A model generated the notes under the pieces. The model was given only the letters and a program-made list of their open reading frames with translations. It did no database searches and was not told the origin of the DNA. From the IMG/VR virus record IMGVR_UViG_3300017761_003320, positions 1 to 64,000 of that record: 64,000 bases of DNA; one strand, written 5' to 3'. This DNA is from a virus. Position numbers and translations under genes: made by a program. Within the stretch, counting starts at the first letter, position 1. The number at the start of each line of letters is the position of its first letter. This document shows positions 1 to 9,599 of this stretch, piece after piece.

Positions 1-1
1 C

Positions 2-172
2 TTCGGTATCCAAAATCTGAGTGCGACTGCTTCCGCGCTCCGTTTCAAGGGCTATGCGGTATATGCTAACCGCAAGACCCTTGGTAATAACCGCGAGGTG
101 ACTATGTATCGCCTCGGTGCTCCTCGCCGCGAGGTTATCGCGGCTGGTTATCGCGCCCTGGCTTCGGCTTGA
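2..172 (+). CDS. 3' end of a conserved phage protein (partial, possibly HTH)
   Basis: Open frame FGIQNLSATASALRFKGYAVYANRK...ALASA* ending TGA at 170-172, followed by a terminator. Confidence 0.55.
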   Translation, partial: FGIQNLSATASALRFKGYAVYANRKTLGNNREVTMYRLGAPRREVIAAGYRALASA

Positions 173-204
173 TAATCATATTAGTCTCTCCTTTGTGGTA
201 AACT

Positions 205-235
205 AGGGCTGGGGTGCAAACCCCAGCTCTTTTTT
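205..235 (+). terminator. Rho-independent terminator
   Basis: AGGGCTGGGGT-GCAA-ACCCCAGCTCT followed by T-run. Confidence 0.85.
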
Positions 236-269
236 GCGTATTTGTTAGCTACATACTATCATATTAGTA

Positions 270-1154
270 ATGGAGGTTACTATGGCCATTGAAATTAACG
301 TATCAATCGAAGAACTTCGCAAAAATAAAATCTTTGTAGCCACACCAATGTATGGTGGAACCTGCACTGGTCAATTTGCTAAAGCTACTGCTGATCTAGC
401 CAAACTAGGTGCAGAATATGGTATGGAGATTGAATTTTTCTATCTCTTTAACGAAAGCCTTATTCCGCGCGCCAGAAACTACTTGGTTGATGATTTCTTA
501 CGTAGCAGCTATACGCATTTCATGTTCATCGATGCTGATATCGGTTTCAACCCTAATGATGTGATTGCCCTATCGGTTATCTCTAATCAACCTGGCAAAG
601 ATATTGTTTGTGCTCCGTATCCAAAGAAGTGTATTTCTTGGGAGAAGATCAAGCGGGCCGTTGATAAGGGATTTGCTGATAAGGATCCAAATCAGCTAGA
701 GCTATATGTCGGTGACTATGTTTTCAATCCGACACAAGCGGCTACATCAATTCGTCTTGATGAACCGGTTGAGGTTCTTGAGGGTGGCACGGGATTCATG
801 ATGATTCCTCGCAACACTTTTGTGAGATATCAAGCAGCCTATCCTGAATTATCATATCGACCTGATCATGTTCGCACAGAACACTTTGACGGCATCCGTG
901 AGATCACAGCTTTCTTTGATACAGTTATTGATCCTGCGACTAAGCGATATCTATCAGAAGATTATATGTTCTGTCAATATGCTCAAAGGGCTGGCCTAAA
1001 AACTTGGCTGTGCCCATGGATGAGCACCAATCATACTGGTACATACACATTTGCTGGTAGCTTGATTGATCTAGCACAGATCGGTGCTGCTGCGACAGCG
1101 GATGTTGAAGCTCTTGGTAAGGCTAAGAAGCTTGCTAATGCACAACGCGGTTGA
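270..1154 (+). CDS. GT-A fold glycosyltransferase-like protein
   Basis: VATPMYGG, ESLIPRARN, FIDADI (DxD), GTGFMMI, LSEDY motifs. Confidence 0.7.
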   Translation: MEVTMAIEINVSIEELRKNKIFVATPMYGGTCTGQFAKATADLAKLGAEYGMEIEFFYLFNESLIPRARNYLVDDFLRSSYTHFMFIDADIGFNPNDVIALSVISNQPGKDIVCAPYPKKCISWEKIKRAVDKGFADKDPNQLELYVGDYVFNPTQAATSIRLDEPVEVLEGGTGFMMIPRNTFVRYQAAYPELSYRPDHVRTEHFDGIREITAFFDTVIDPATKRYLSEDYMFCQYAQRAGLKTWLCPWMSTNHTGTYTFAGSLIDLAQIGAAATADVEALGKAKKLANAQRG

Positions 1155-1179
1155 CATCTTTTGTGATATCTGATATAAT
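1151..1179 (+). promoter_or_regulatory. sigma70-type promoter
   Basis: TTGACA-17 nt-TATAAT upstream of gp45. Confidence 0.75.
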
Positions 1180-1208
1180 CTACACAATGCAACAATATGG
1201 AGGCATAA

Positions 1209-1862
1209 GTGAATCTTTCAAGTGAGACAATCGAGGTCCTGAAGAATTTCTCGACCATCAATCCAACTATGCTTATTCGGCCTGGTAATGTCATCAAGGC
1301 CATTGGGGCTAAAAAGACGATTCTTGCATCTGCTAAGGTGAAGGAGACATTTCCAACTGAATTTGCGATTAGTGACCTAACCAAATTCATCATGGTTGTG
1401 ACATCTTACAGCAATCCAACTTTGTCATTTGATGATAAGCATGTTGTCATTTCTGATAAGCTGGCTAAGACTCGTTTTCTTTATGGTGGGTCATCTAGCG
1501 TTACACATCCACCAGCCAAGGATGTAACACTACCGAGTGTTGATGCTTCATTCACAATTTCAAATGAGGCTCTAACCAAGGTTCTTCGTCTGACGAGTGG
1601 CTTGGGTCTTCCAAACATTGTGCTTTATGGTCGAGATGGCAAGTCATTCTTTGCTGGCACAGATGTTCTGCAAGATATCTGTGATGATACTGAATATGAA
1701 GTTGGTATCTCTGATTCTGATTACAAGGCCGTATTTGAACTTGAAAATATGAAGATGTTACCTCGCGACTATACTGTGCAGGTGACATCTGGTATGGCTC
1801 ATTTCAAGTCAACGACTGATGATGTCGAATACTGGATTGCTTGTTCGACTCCAAAGAAGTGA
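1209..1862 (+). CDS. gp45: DNA polymerase sliding clamp
   Basis: MNLSSETIEVLKNFSTINP N-terminus, EYWIA C-terminus; synteny with gp44/gp62/regA. Confidence 0.92.
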   Translation: MNLSSETIEVLKNFSTINPTMLIRPGNVIKAIGAKKTILASAKVKETFPTEFAISDLTKFIMVVTSYSNPTLSFDDKHVVISDKLAKTRFLYGGSSSVTHPPAKDVTLPSVDASFTISNEALTKVLRLTSGLGLPNIVLYGRDGKSFFAGTDVLQDICDDTEYEVGISDSDYKAVFELENMKMLPRDYTVQVTSGMAHFKSTTDDVEYWIACSTPKK

Positions 1863-2107
1863 CGGATAATATAGGGGCAGGCACCGCGGCTTTGGTGCGA
1901 ATGCTTCATAGGGTCGTACATGTCTCTAGACATAGAGGCACCGACCTAGAGGTGCTTGGGGGAATATTGGCGGTAGCTGTAAAAGGTTATCGCCAAGCCC
2001 TAGGACATGAACAAGCAGCCATGCTTTTCTATGGCGTGGCTGATGACCTTGCTGTGAACAATATACAAGATGATGAAGGTGAACAAGATGGAGACCAACC
2101 AGGATGA
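1841..2107 (+). CDS. hypothetical protein
   Basis: ORF filling the gp45-gp44 gap. Confidence 0.5.
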   Translation: MFDSKEVTDNIGAGTAALVRMLHRVVHVSRHRGTDLEVLGGILAVAVKGYRQALGHEQAAMLFYGVADDLAVNNIQDDEGEQDGDQPG

Positions 2108-3032
2108 GTTCCTTTGGGTTGAGAAATATAGACCTCAGAGGATAGCTGACTGCATATTACCCGAGTCGATCAAATCGACCTTTCAAAAGTTTGTGGATGA
2201 TAAGAGCATTCCAAACCTACTACTCACAGGCAGTGCAGGCGTAGGTAAGACTACTGTCGCTAAGGCGATGCTGCAAGAGATTGGCGCTGATTATATCATA
2301 ATCAATGGCTCTCTTGATGGCACTATGGATGTATTACGGAATAAGATTGTTGGCTATGCTTCCACTGTATCTCTTTGGGGTGGTCGCAAATATGTTATTC
2401 TAGATGAGGCCGATTATCTGACGCATCATGTGCAACCTGCTCTCCGTAATTTCATGGAGCAATATTCACATAATTGCGGTTTTATTCTAACTTGTAATTT
2501 CAAGAATAAGATCATCGAGCCATTGCATTCGCGCTGCTCGACCATCGAGTTCCAGATTACAGGTAAGGATAAGGTTGATATCGCGCTTCAATTCATGCGC
2601 CGTACTTGTGAAATTCTCACAACCGAGAATGTCGAATTTGATAAGAAGGTTGTGGCCGAGCTTATTAATAAGCATTTTCCTGATTGGCGTCGAGTGCTTA
2701 ATGAATTGCAGCGTCATAGTTCGACAGGTGCAATAGATGCAAGCATTCTTGGTTCCATGGTTAATATGGATCTCAAGAACTTGATAAAGCTACTCAAGGA
2801 AAAAGATTTTACCGGTATGCGGAAATGGGTTGGTCATAATTCGACGATCGACCAAAATGCATTGTATCGTCAGCTATATGATGGTGCTTATGATTTCATG
2901 AAGCCATCAAGCATTCCTAATCTTGTGCTTATTCTAGCTGATTATCAATACAAGGCTGGGTTTGTGGTTAATCCTGAAATCAATCTTGCAGCCTGTTTGA
3001 CGCAGATTATGATGGATTGTGAATGGCAATGA
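2070..3032 (+). CDS. gp44: clamp loader large subunit (start probably 2088)
   Basis: LWVEKYRP, GSAGVGKTT, ILDEAD, LHSRC motifs. Confidence 0.95.
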   Translation: MMKVNKMETNQDEFLWVEKYRPQRIADCILPESIKSTFQKFVDDKSIPNLLLTGSAGVGKTTVAKAMLQEIGADYIIINGSLDGTMDVLRNKIVGYASTVSLWGGRKYVILDEADYLTHHVQPALRNFMEQYSHNCGFILTCNFKNKIIEPLHSRCSTIEFQITGKDKVDIALQFMRRTCEILTTENVEFDKKVVAELINKHFPDWRRVLNELQRHSSTGAIDASILGSMVNMDLKNLIKLLKEKDFTGMRKWVGHNSTIDQNALYRQLYDGAYDFMKPSSIPNLVLILADYQYKAGFVVNPEINLAACLTQIMMDCEWQ

Positions 3033-3481
3033 GCAGAGAATTAGAAAATGTATTTGATTTTGTCAATGCGATAAGTGATAAAAAGCATGACTTCTTCAGA
3101 GATGGTGTTAATTCTCTGAAAGCGGAGCGTACCTATGAACCGTTTATGGTCAACAAATCGCTTTCTTTTCATATCGATACTATCCTCTATGCAAATGAGA
3201 TGAACCAGAGGTCCCACCTATCAAGTCTGTTACAACATGACTATCTCATAAATACCATAAGGTCTCGGAAGCGTATGGGTCAGAAATGGCCTAAACCTTT
3301 TGAGGACAAAGACATAGACGCCGTTATGGAATACTATGCGTGTAATTACAACCGGGCCAAGGAGTATCTGACTGTCCTGACTAAGGATCAGCTCTCCGAA
3401 ATCCATGATAGGACATTTAAAGGTGGGGCTGATGGCAATAGACATAGAAGAAATGGTAGAGGTTCGGCTAAAGAATCCTGA
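3023..3481 (+). CDS. gp62: clamp loader small subunit
   Basis: YEPFMVNKSLS...YANEMN; position after gp44. Confidence 0.88.
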   Translation: MAMSRELENVFDFVNAISDKKHDFFRDGVNSLKAERTYEPFMVNKSLSFHIDTILYANEMNQRSHLSSLLQHDYLINTIRSRKRMGQKWPKPFEDKDIDAVMEYYACNYNRAKEYLTVLTKDQLSEIHDRTFKGGADGNRHRRNGRGSAKES

Positions 3482-3836
3482 GGACTTTTTAAAAGTTCGC
3501 GAGACTCTAACTCGTATTGGTGTAGCCTCTAGAAAAGATCAGACGTTGTATCAGTCTTGTCACATTCTACATAAGCAGCGTCGCTATTTCATCGTGCATT
3601 TCAAGGAGCTATTTGCTCTAGATGGTAAGCCAACAAACTTTGATGATGACGATCTCAAACGCAGAAACACTATTGTTAATCTGCTAGCGGAATGGGGTCT
3701 CATCGAACTTGTGGATCCAGATGCGACCACGGATAATGTCGCACCAATTTCACAAATCAAAGTGCTTTCGCATAAAGAAAAAGACGATTGGATTCTTCAA
3801 GCTAAGTATAGCATCGGTAAAAAGAGGACACCCTAA
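3432..3836 (+). CDS. regA: translational repressor RegA
   Basis: DFLKVRETLTRIGVAS, LYQSCHILHKQ, YFIVHFKELFALDG. Confidence 0.95.
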   Translation: MAIDIEEMVEVRLKNPEDFLKVRETLTRIGVASRKDQTLYQSCHILHKQRRYFIVHFKELFALDGKPTNFDDDDLKRRNTIVNLLAEWGLIELVDPDATTDNVAPISQIKVLSHKEKDDWILQAKYSIGKKRTP

Positions 3837-4288
3837 TGGCACAACCGGTTGTCGAGGCTCTTAAGGTAGCTCTCGCAGATACCTTCACGTTCTATCTCAA
3901 GGCTCACTATTTTCATTGGAACGTGCAGGGTCCTGACTTCAAACAATACCACGATCTATTTGGTGGTATCTGGGAAGAGGTATTTGGTGCGGTTGATCCT
4001 CTAGCTGAGTTTATTCGTACTATGGGATCATATGCACCAGGCACACTTGGTCGTTTCAAGGAGCTTACAACTTTAGTCGAACTTGAAACAGTGCCTGAAG
4101 CGCGCGAAATGGTACTTGCGCTAGCTGTAGATAATGCTAAGGTTCTACAGTCAATTAGAACTGCATTCACCGAATCCGAAAATGCTGGTGCTCATGCAGT
4201 TGCTAATTTCTTACAAGATCGTATGGCCGCGCATGAGAAGCACGGCTGGTTCCTCCACTCAACTTTGGGAAACAATGTGAATGACTAA
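3836..4288 (+). CDS. dps: Dps/ferritin-like DNA protection protein
   Basis: HYFHWNVQGPDFKQYHDLF, DPLAEFIR, HEKHGWFL. Confidence 0.9.
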   Translation: MAQPVVEALKVALADTFTFYLKAHYFHWNVQGPDFKQYHDLFGGIWEEVFGAVDPLAEFIRTMGSYAPGTLGRFKELTTLVELETVPEAREMVLALAVDNAKVLQSIRTAFTESENAGAHAVANFLQDRMAAHEKHGWFLHSTLGNNVND

Positions 4289-4679
4289 TTTCGATATGGT
4301 TGCTGATTTCATGCGTGCAGCCGAACAAGATGTTAATACAACGCCAGTATGGCCTGAGGATAATGTTAGACTTCTTCGGTATAAATTAATCGATGAGGAA
4401 TCTACAGAACTTCATGAAGCGATGGTCAATGAAGATATCGTTGAAATTGCCGATGCACTTACCGATTTGCTTTATGTCGTGTATGGTGCTGGTCATACGT
4501 ATGGTATTGATTTAAATCGATGCTTTGCAGAGGTGCATCGATCTAACATGAGTAAATTTGTGGATGGTAAGCGCATTAAGAATGCGGAAGGCAAAGTAAT
4601 GAAGCCTGACACTTACAGTCCACCCGATCTATCATTTTTACTTCCGGAAATGACAGACTTGCCGTTGACAGAAGAATAG
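4281..4679 (+). CDS. MazG-like NTP pyrophosphohydrolase
   Basis: LIDEESTEL, EIADALTDLLYVVYG, EVHRSNMSK. Confidence 0.85.
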   Translation: MTNFDMVADFMRAAEQDVNTTPVWPEDNVRLLRYKLIDEESTELHEAMVNEDIVEIADALTDLLYVVYGAGHTYGIDLNRCFAEVHRSNMSKFVDGKRIKNAEGKVMKPDTYSPPDLSFLLPEMTDLPLTEE

Positions 4680-4759
4680 TTATATGATAAATATAGACAG
4701 CATTGCCCATAAGGGGATGCTGTCTATATCAACCCTCGCTTAACCAAGGAGGAACCAAT

Positions 4760-5233
4760 ATGGTTTTATTTCCCGATCTGTCCAAGCTGGACACATTTTC
4801 AGTCGGCTTCAATGAAGTCTCAAAGCGTCTGCTAGAAGCCCACGATCATCTATCAAAAGCAGTGCCAGGCTGGCCTCCCTATAATATTATCAAGGTCGAT
4901 GAAAACAAATATGTTATCGAGCTAGCAGTTGCTGGCTTTGGTAAGTCTGACCTTGAGATTGAAATTCAGGACGGTCGTCTGCTTATTCGTGGCTCCACAA
5001 AAAGCGATGAGAAATCAAATTTCCTGCATAAGGGGATTGCTGATCGTGCTTTCCGTCGCGAGTTCCATCTTGCTGACACAGTGGAAGTCAAGAATGCCGA
5101 GATGGTAAACGGCCTGCTGAAGGTTTGGCTGGAAAATATCATTCCAGAACATAAGAAGCCTCGCAAGGTCGACATCGAAGAAACCGGCGATACCCCTAGT
5201 AAGAAGTCAACAAAGCAACAACTCAACGGGTGA
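4760..5233 (+). CDS. small heat shock protein Hsp20
   Basis: PPYNI, IELAVAGF, LHKGIADRAF, NGLL; SD AAGGAGG before ATG 4760. Confidence 0.92.
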   Translation: MVLFPDLSKLDTFSVGFNEVSKRLLEAHDHLSKAVPGWPPYNIIKVDENKYVIELAVAGFGKSDLEIEIQDGRLLIRGSTKSDEKSNFLHKGIADRAFRREFHLADTVEVKNAEMVNGLLKVWLENIIPEHKKPRKVDIEETGDTPSKKSTKQQLNG

Positions 5234-5250
5234 ACCGTTGAGAGTTGTTA

Positions 5251-5281
5251 AGGGGAGAGGCAACCGCCTCTCCCCTGTTTT
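5251..5281 (+). terminator. Rho-independent terminator
   Basis: AGGGGAGAGGC-AACC-GCCTCTCCCCT then GTTTT. Confidence 0.8.
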
Positions 5282-5296
5282 CATTTGGAGAAAGAC

Positions 5297-5452
5297 ATGT
5301 TTAATCGAATAGTTACTAAGATAAGAACGCTATATACAGAATGGTGTGAGAGTCAAGAAGTTGCATTTGCGCTGGCCGATCATCGGATCGCGAAAGAGCA
5401 TCGTATCTTGCTTCAAGCCAAGCTAGACGAGCTTAATTCAAATAACCGTTAG
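5297..5452 (+). CDS. small hypothetical protein (51 aa)
   Basis: GGAGA SD, MFNRIVTKIRTLYTEWCESQ...NNR*. Confidence 0.5.
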   Translation: MFNRIVTKIRTLYTEWCESQEVAFALADHRIAKEHRILLQAKLDELNSNNR

Positions 5453-5461
5453 GAGGTCCTA

Positions 5462-6112
5462 ATGCTTTCAGCAGAAATCCTGCATAGATGTTTTCCCAAG
5501 GCCAATAAGGATAATCTTAATAAGTATGCCGATGCTCTTGTAGCGGCTTGCGAAGAATTTGAGATTAATACCCCTAAGCGAGTCGCAGGATTTCTATCTC
5601 AGGTCGCGCATGAATCCGCTCAGTTTAGCGCGATTAAGGAAAATCTGAACTATAAGTCTCAGGCTCTAACCGCTCTATTCGGTTCCCGTATTACAGCCGC
5701 GCAAGCTGCCGATGTGGGTCGTGATGACACGACAAAGAAGCCTGCAAATCAAGAAGGTATTGCTAATATCATCTATGGTGGTGCATGGGGTTCTAAGAAC
5801 CTAGGCAATGTAAATAAGGGTGATGGTTGGAAGTTCCGCGGCCGCGGCCTTATTCAGCTAACAGGTCGTAGCAATTATACGAATTGCGGAAAGGGTCTTA
5901 ATAAGGATCTGTCTGAAGATCCTTCATATCTGGAGACACCAGAAGGCGCCGCCCGCTCGGCTGCATGGTTCTGGAAGTCTCGCGGTCTAAATGAAGTTGC
6001 TGATACTGGTGATGTTCGTAAGATGACAAAGTTGGTCAACGGTGGTGATCTTGGTCTTGCTGACCGCGAACATCACTATCATGAAATTCTCGGTGTTCTT
6101 GGCGCTGAGTAA
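5462..6112 (+). CDS. glycoside hydrolase family 19 endolysin
   Basis: FLSQVAHES, ENLNY, GDGWKFRGRGLIQLTGRSNY, TKLVNGG. Confidence 0.9.
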   Translation: MLSAEILHRCFPKANKDNLNKYADALVAACEEFEINTPKRVAGFLSQVAHESAQFSAIKENLNYKSQALTALFGSRITAAQAADVGRDDTTKKPANQEGIANIIYGGAWGSKNLGNVNKGDGWKFRGRGLIQLTGRSNYTNCGKGLNKDLSEDPSYLETPEGAARSAAWFWKSRGLNEVADTGDVRKMTKLVNGGDLGLADREHHYHEILGVLGAE

Positions 6113-6435
6113 TGATTTCTGATAATCCGATCATCGGTATAAAGCTGGTGAGCGGTGAGGAGATTATAACCCATGCACGTTTCAACAAAATTGAGCGTGC
6201 ATGGCATCTCCAGTTTCCTGGTATGCTAGTGCCTATGACAAATTCATCAGGTAAACCGTCCATAGGTGTCGGTGACTATCTACCTTTTACAGAAACAAAA
6301 GAAATAACAATACGTGAAGACTGCGTAATGTTTACATATATACCTGATAATGAAATGATCACAGGATATAAAAGCAATTTTGATTCTGAAGATTTACCAG
6401 ACAAAGCTAACGTTTTACCCTTTACACGCAAGTAA
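6112..6435 (+). CDS. Sm-like domain protein
   Basis: IKLVSGEEII motif typical of T4-like Sm-like proteins. Confidence 0.6.
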   Translation: MISDNPIIGIKLVSGEEIITHARFNKIERAWHLQFPGMLVPMTNSSGKPSIGVGDYLPFTETKEITIREDCVMFTYIPDNEMITGYKSNFDSEDLPDKANVLPFTRK

Positions 6436-6456
6436 AAACCCTGTATAATAGGGCCT

Positions 6457-8964
6457 ATGACAAAGTTTTATACATTTGCTTTTCAAATCGGTAACACGAT
6501 TCACGTCCGCGGCTATGAGAACGGAATCCGTTTCTCTGAGAAGGTTAAATACCGGCCGACACTCTTTATACCATCAAAGCGAAAAGGCCTGACCCCAAAG
6601 TCAGGCTGGAAAAGTATTTGGGGTACAGAGGTCGAGCCATGCCAATTTGGCGATATCCGCGAGGCCAAAGATTTCATTGAGCAATATAGCGATGTATCCA
6701 ATTTCGATATCTTTGGCTTGCCTCGCTTTCAATATGCATATCTCAATGAAGAATATCCATATGAAATCCAATATGATCGTGACTTAATCGAGATTGCCAA
6801 TCTTGATATCGAGGTTGGTTCTGATAATGGATTCCCAACACCAGAAGCAGCAGCCGAGCCAATCACGGCTATCACTCTCAAGCGCGGTAAGAAATTTATC
6901 GTGATGGGTTGTGGTGACTATCGCCCATCGCGCCATGATGTCAAGTATATGAAATGCCGTGATGAGCGTGACCTATTGGAAACCTTTCTGATGGAATGGG
7001 AGCGCGGCCATCATCCTGAGATTGTCACTGGTTGGAATGTCACCTTCTTTGATATTCCATATCTGGTGAATCGTATCACTAAGGTATTAGATGCAAAGGC
7101 TGCAAAGCGACTATCTCCTTGGGGATTCATCTCACAGCGCACGACAAATATCATGGGTAAGACGCAGACAGCCGTTGATATGGCTGGCGTGTCCACTCTT
7201 GATTACCTTGAGATGTATAAGAAGTTTACATATTCACAACAAGAATCATATCGCCTAGATCATATTGCTAATGTTGAGTTAGGTGAGAAGAAGCTTGACT
7301 ATTCTGAATATGGTTCATTGCACAATTTGTATAAAGAAAATTATCAGAAGTTTATTGATTATAATATCAAAGACGTTGAACTTGTTGATCGTCTCGATGA
7401 GAAGATGAAGCTTATCGACATGGTTCTTGCTCTGGCCTATGATGCTAAGGTGAATTACACTGACGTATTCACTCAGGTTAAGATGTGGGATGTTCTAATC
7501 CACAATCATCTGTGGAAGAAGAAGGTCTGCGTGCCTATCACTGGTGGTGGCAGCAAGGATGAAGCTTATGTTGGTGCATATGTCAAAGAACCGCTTGTCG
7601 GCGCGCATCAATGGGTATTGTCATTCGATTTGGATTCACTGTATCCGCATCTGATCATGCAATATAATATCTCACCCGAGACACTTGATCGTGTAAATCG
7701 TGTGGATATTACTGTTGATAATCTACTCGATCCAAATTATCAGCCGCCGCTGCGTGAGGGTTATAGCCTTGCTGCAAACGGTCGATACTTCAGCAATCAG
7801 TCTCAGGGCTTTCTGCCTGAGATGATGGAACGCATGTATGAGAGTCGGTCTGAATATAAGCGCAAGATGATCGAGGCTCAAAAGGCTGTTGAATCTGCAA
7901 AGACTCCGCAAGAAAAGCGCGACCATGAAAAGTCTGTATCTCGATACAAGAACATGCAGCTTGCAAAAAAGGTTCAGCTAAACTCAGCTTACGGTGCAAT
8001 CGGTAATCCATATTTCCGCTTCTATGATCTTAATCAGGCCACAGCTATCACAGTCGGTGGACAGCTTTCTATTCGCTGGGCTGAAGTTAAGATTAATGAA
8101 TATATCAATAAGCTTCTTGGTACAGAAGATGTTGATTATGTTATCGCAGTTGATACCGATAGCTTGTATATCACTCTTGATGGTCTGGTGACTAAGGTAT
8201 TTAAAGACAAAACTCCTACAACCGAACAGATTGTCACCTATCTTGACAAGATCGCTTCACAGGCATTCAAGCCAGTCATTGACAAGATATATGCAGGCCT
8301 GCATGAGCATATGAATGCCTTCGCACAGAAGATGTCTATGAAGCGAGAGAACATTGCAGACCGTGGTATCTGGACAGGTAAGAAGCGTTACATTCTGAAT
8401 GTTCATGATTCTGAAGGTGTGCGATATGAAACACCAAAGCTAAAGATGATGGGCATTGAAGCAGTTAAATCTTCGACTCCCGCATTTTGTCGCAAGGCTA
8501 TTAAAGATGCATTGAACATCATTATGACTAAAGATGAAAGCGCAATGCATCAGTTTATTGCATCTTTCCGCGAGCAATTCAATAAGATGCGCTTTGAAGA
8601 TATTGCATTTCCAAGAGGAATTCAGGGCCTTGGGAAATATAGAATGGTCGAGAAGGGTATTCCAATTCATGTGAGAGCTAGTCAGACATATAATACTCGT
8701 CTCAAACAACTCAAGCTTGATAAGACCTATGATCTTATCAAAGATGGTGATAAGGTAAAATTCTGCTATATGAAAATGCCCAATCCATTAAATGAGAATG
8801 TATTGGCTATCGCATCCGTTCTACCATCAGAGTTTGAGATTGACCGATACATAGATTATAAGACACAGTTTGAAAAGGCATTTCTTGATCCGCTTCGCTC
8901 GATCCTTGATGTGATTGGATGGCAAGATGAAGATAGACCTACACTGGAGAAGTTTTTCACCTAA
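6457..8964 (+). CDS. gp43: family B DNA polymerase
   Basis: DIEV exonuclease, SFDLDSLYP, KKVQLNSAYG, DTDS, KKRY motifs. Confidence 0.97.
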   Translation: MTKFYTFAFQIGNTIHVRGYENGIRFSEKVKYRPTLFIPSKRKGLTPKSGWKSIWGTEVEPCQFGDIREAKDFIEQYSDVSNFDIFGLPRFQYAYLNEEYPYEIQYDRDLIEIANLDIEVGSDNGFPTPEAAAEPITAITLKRGKKFIVMGCGDYRPSRHDVKYMKCRDERDLLETFLMEWERGHHPEIVTGWNVTFFDIPYLVNRITKVLDAKAAKRLSPWGFISQRTTNIMGKTQTAVDMAGVSTLDYLEMYKKFTYSQQESYRLDHIANVELGEKKLDYSEYGSLHNLYKENYQKFIDYNIKDVELVDRLDEKMKLIDMVLALAYDAKVNYTDVFTQVKMWDVLIHNHLWKKKVCVPITGGGSKDEAYVGAYVKEPLVGAHQWVLSFDLDSLYPHLIMQYNISPETLDRVNRVDITVDNLLDPNYQPPLREGYSLAANGRYFSNQSQGFLPEMMERMYESRSEYKRKMIEAQKAVESAKTPQEKRDHEKSVSRYKNMQLAKKVQLNSAYGAIGNPYFRFYDLNQATAITVGGQLSIRWAEVKINEYINKLLGTEDVDYVIAVDTDSLYITLDGLVTKVFKDKTPTTEQIVTYLDKIASQAFKPVIDKIYAGLHEHMNAFAQKMSMKRENIADRGIWTGKKRYILNVHDSEGVRYETPKLKMMGIEAVKSSTPAFCRKAIKDALNIIMTKDESAMHQFIASFREQFNKMRFEDIAFPRGIQGLGKYRMVEKGIPIHVRASQTYNTRLKQLKLDKTYDLIKDGDKVKFCYMKMPNPLNENVLAIASVLPSEFEIDRYIDYKTQFEKAFLDPLRSILDVIGWQDEDRPTLEKFFT

Positions 8965-9599
8965 TGGCATACTTGAATCATAATCTTCCGACATTCACAT
9001 GTTATATGCGGAATGAATATCTGTATAATCATGAGAAGGGTCATGGTGAATTTACACTATGTGATGTGCATAGTGTCGCAAGCATGGAGAAGCGAGTACC
9101 TCTCTTTGAAGCATTTCTAGATAATGGTGTCAATTGGACACGCCGACCACTAATGGCCTTCTGTTGGAAGAAGGATGCACCAGTTCCAAAGATTGAGGAT
9201 TGCTATTACTGGAACTGCTTTAGCCCATATATTGATGTTAATATTCGCACTCGTATGGCTGGGCTACGCGCACAACTAATTCGTTGTGATGGTAGTCATA
9301 TTAGCGGTGAATATATGTTTACTATGGATTGGTCATGGGAGAATAAGGGTATCTTAGATACAAATTTTAGTGAGACACCTGAGCATAAATGTGCTCACAT
9401 GTTTAAGGTTGATGATGGTAATTTTTATGCATACCCAAACAATAGGATCATATGGCATGATGATGCATGGATTGATGTGCCGCTCAAAAATAATCCAGGA
9501 TATCAGATCGACATGACAGTATATTCCGTAGAAAACAAACGAAATCTAATCACAGACAATAGCTATATGACAGAATTTAAACAAGGAGATAAATCATGA
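8964..9599 (+). CDS. conserved phage hypothetical protein
   Basis: Translationally coupled ORF between gp43 and uvsX. Confidence 0.6.
   Translation: MAYLNHNLPTFTCYMRNEYLYNHEKGHGEFTLCDVHSVASMEKRVPLFEAFLDNGVNWTRRPLMAFCWKKDAPVPKIEDCYYWNCFSPYIDVNIRTRMAGLRAQLIRCDGSHISGEYMFTMDWSWENKGILDTNFSETPEHKCAHMFKVDDGNFYAYPNNRIIWHDDAWIDVPLKNNPGYQIDMTVYSVENKRNLITDNSYMTEFKQGDKS

Noticed and set aside
6457-8964. Intein or intron in gp43 (nrdA and gp41 also checked)
   Set aside because: Lengths and motif spacing are normal; no splicing motifs or frame breaks
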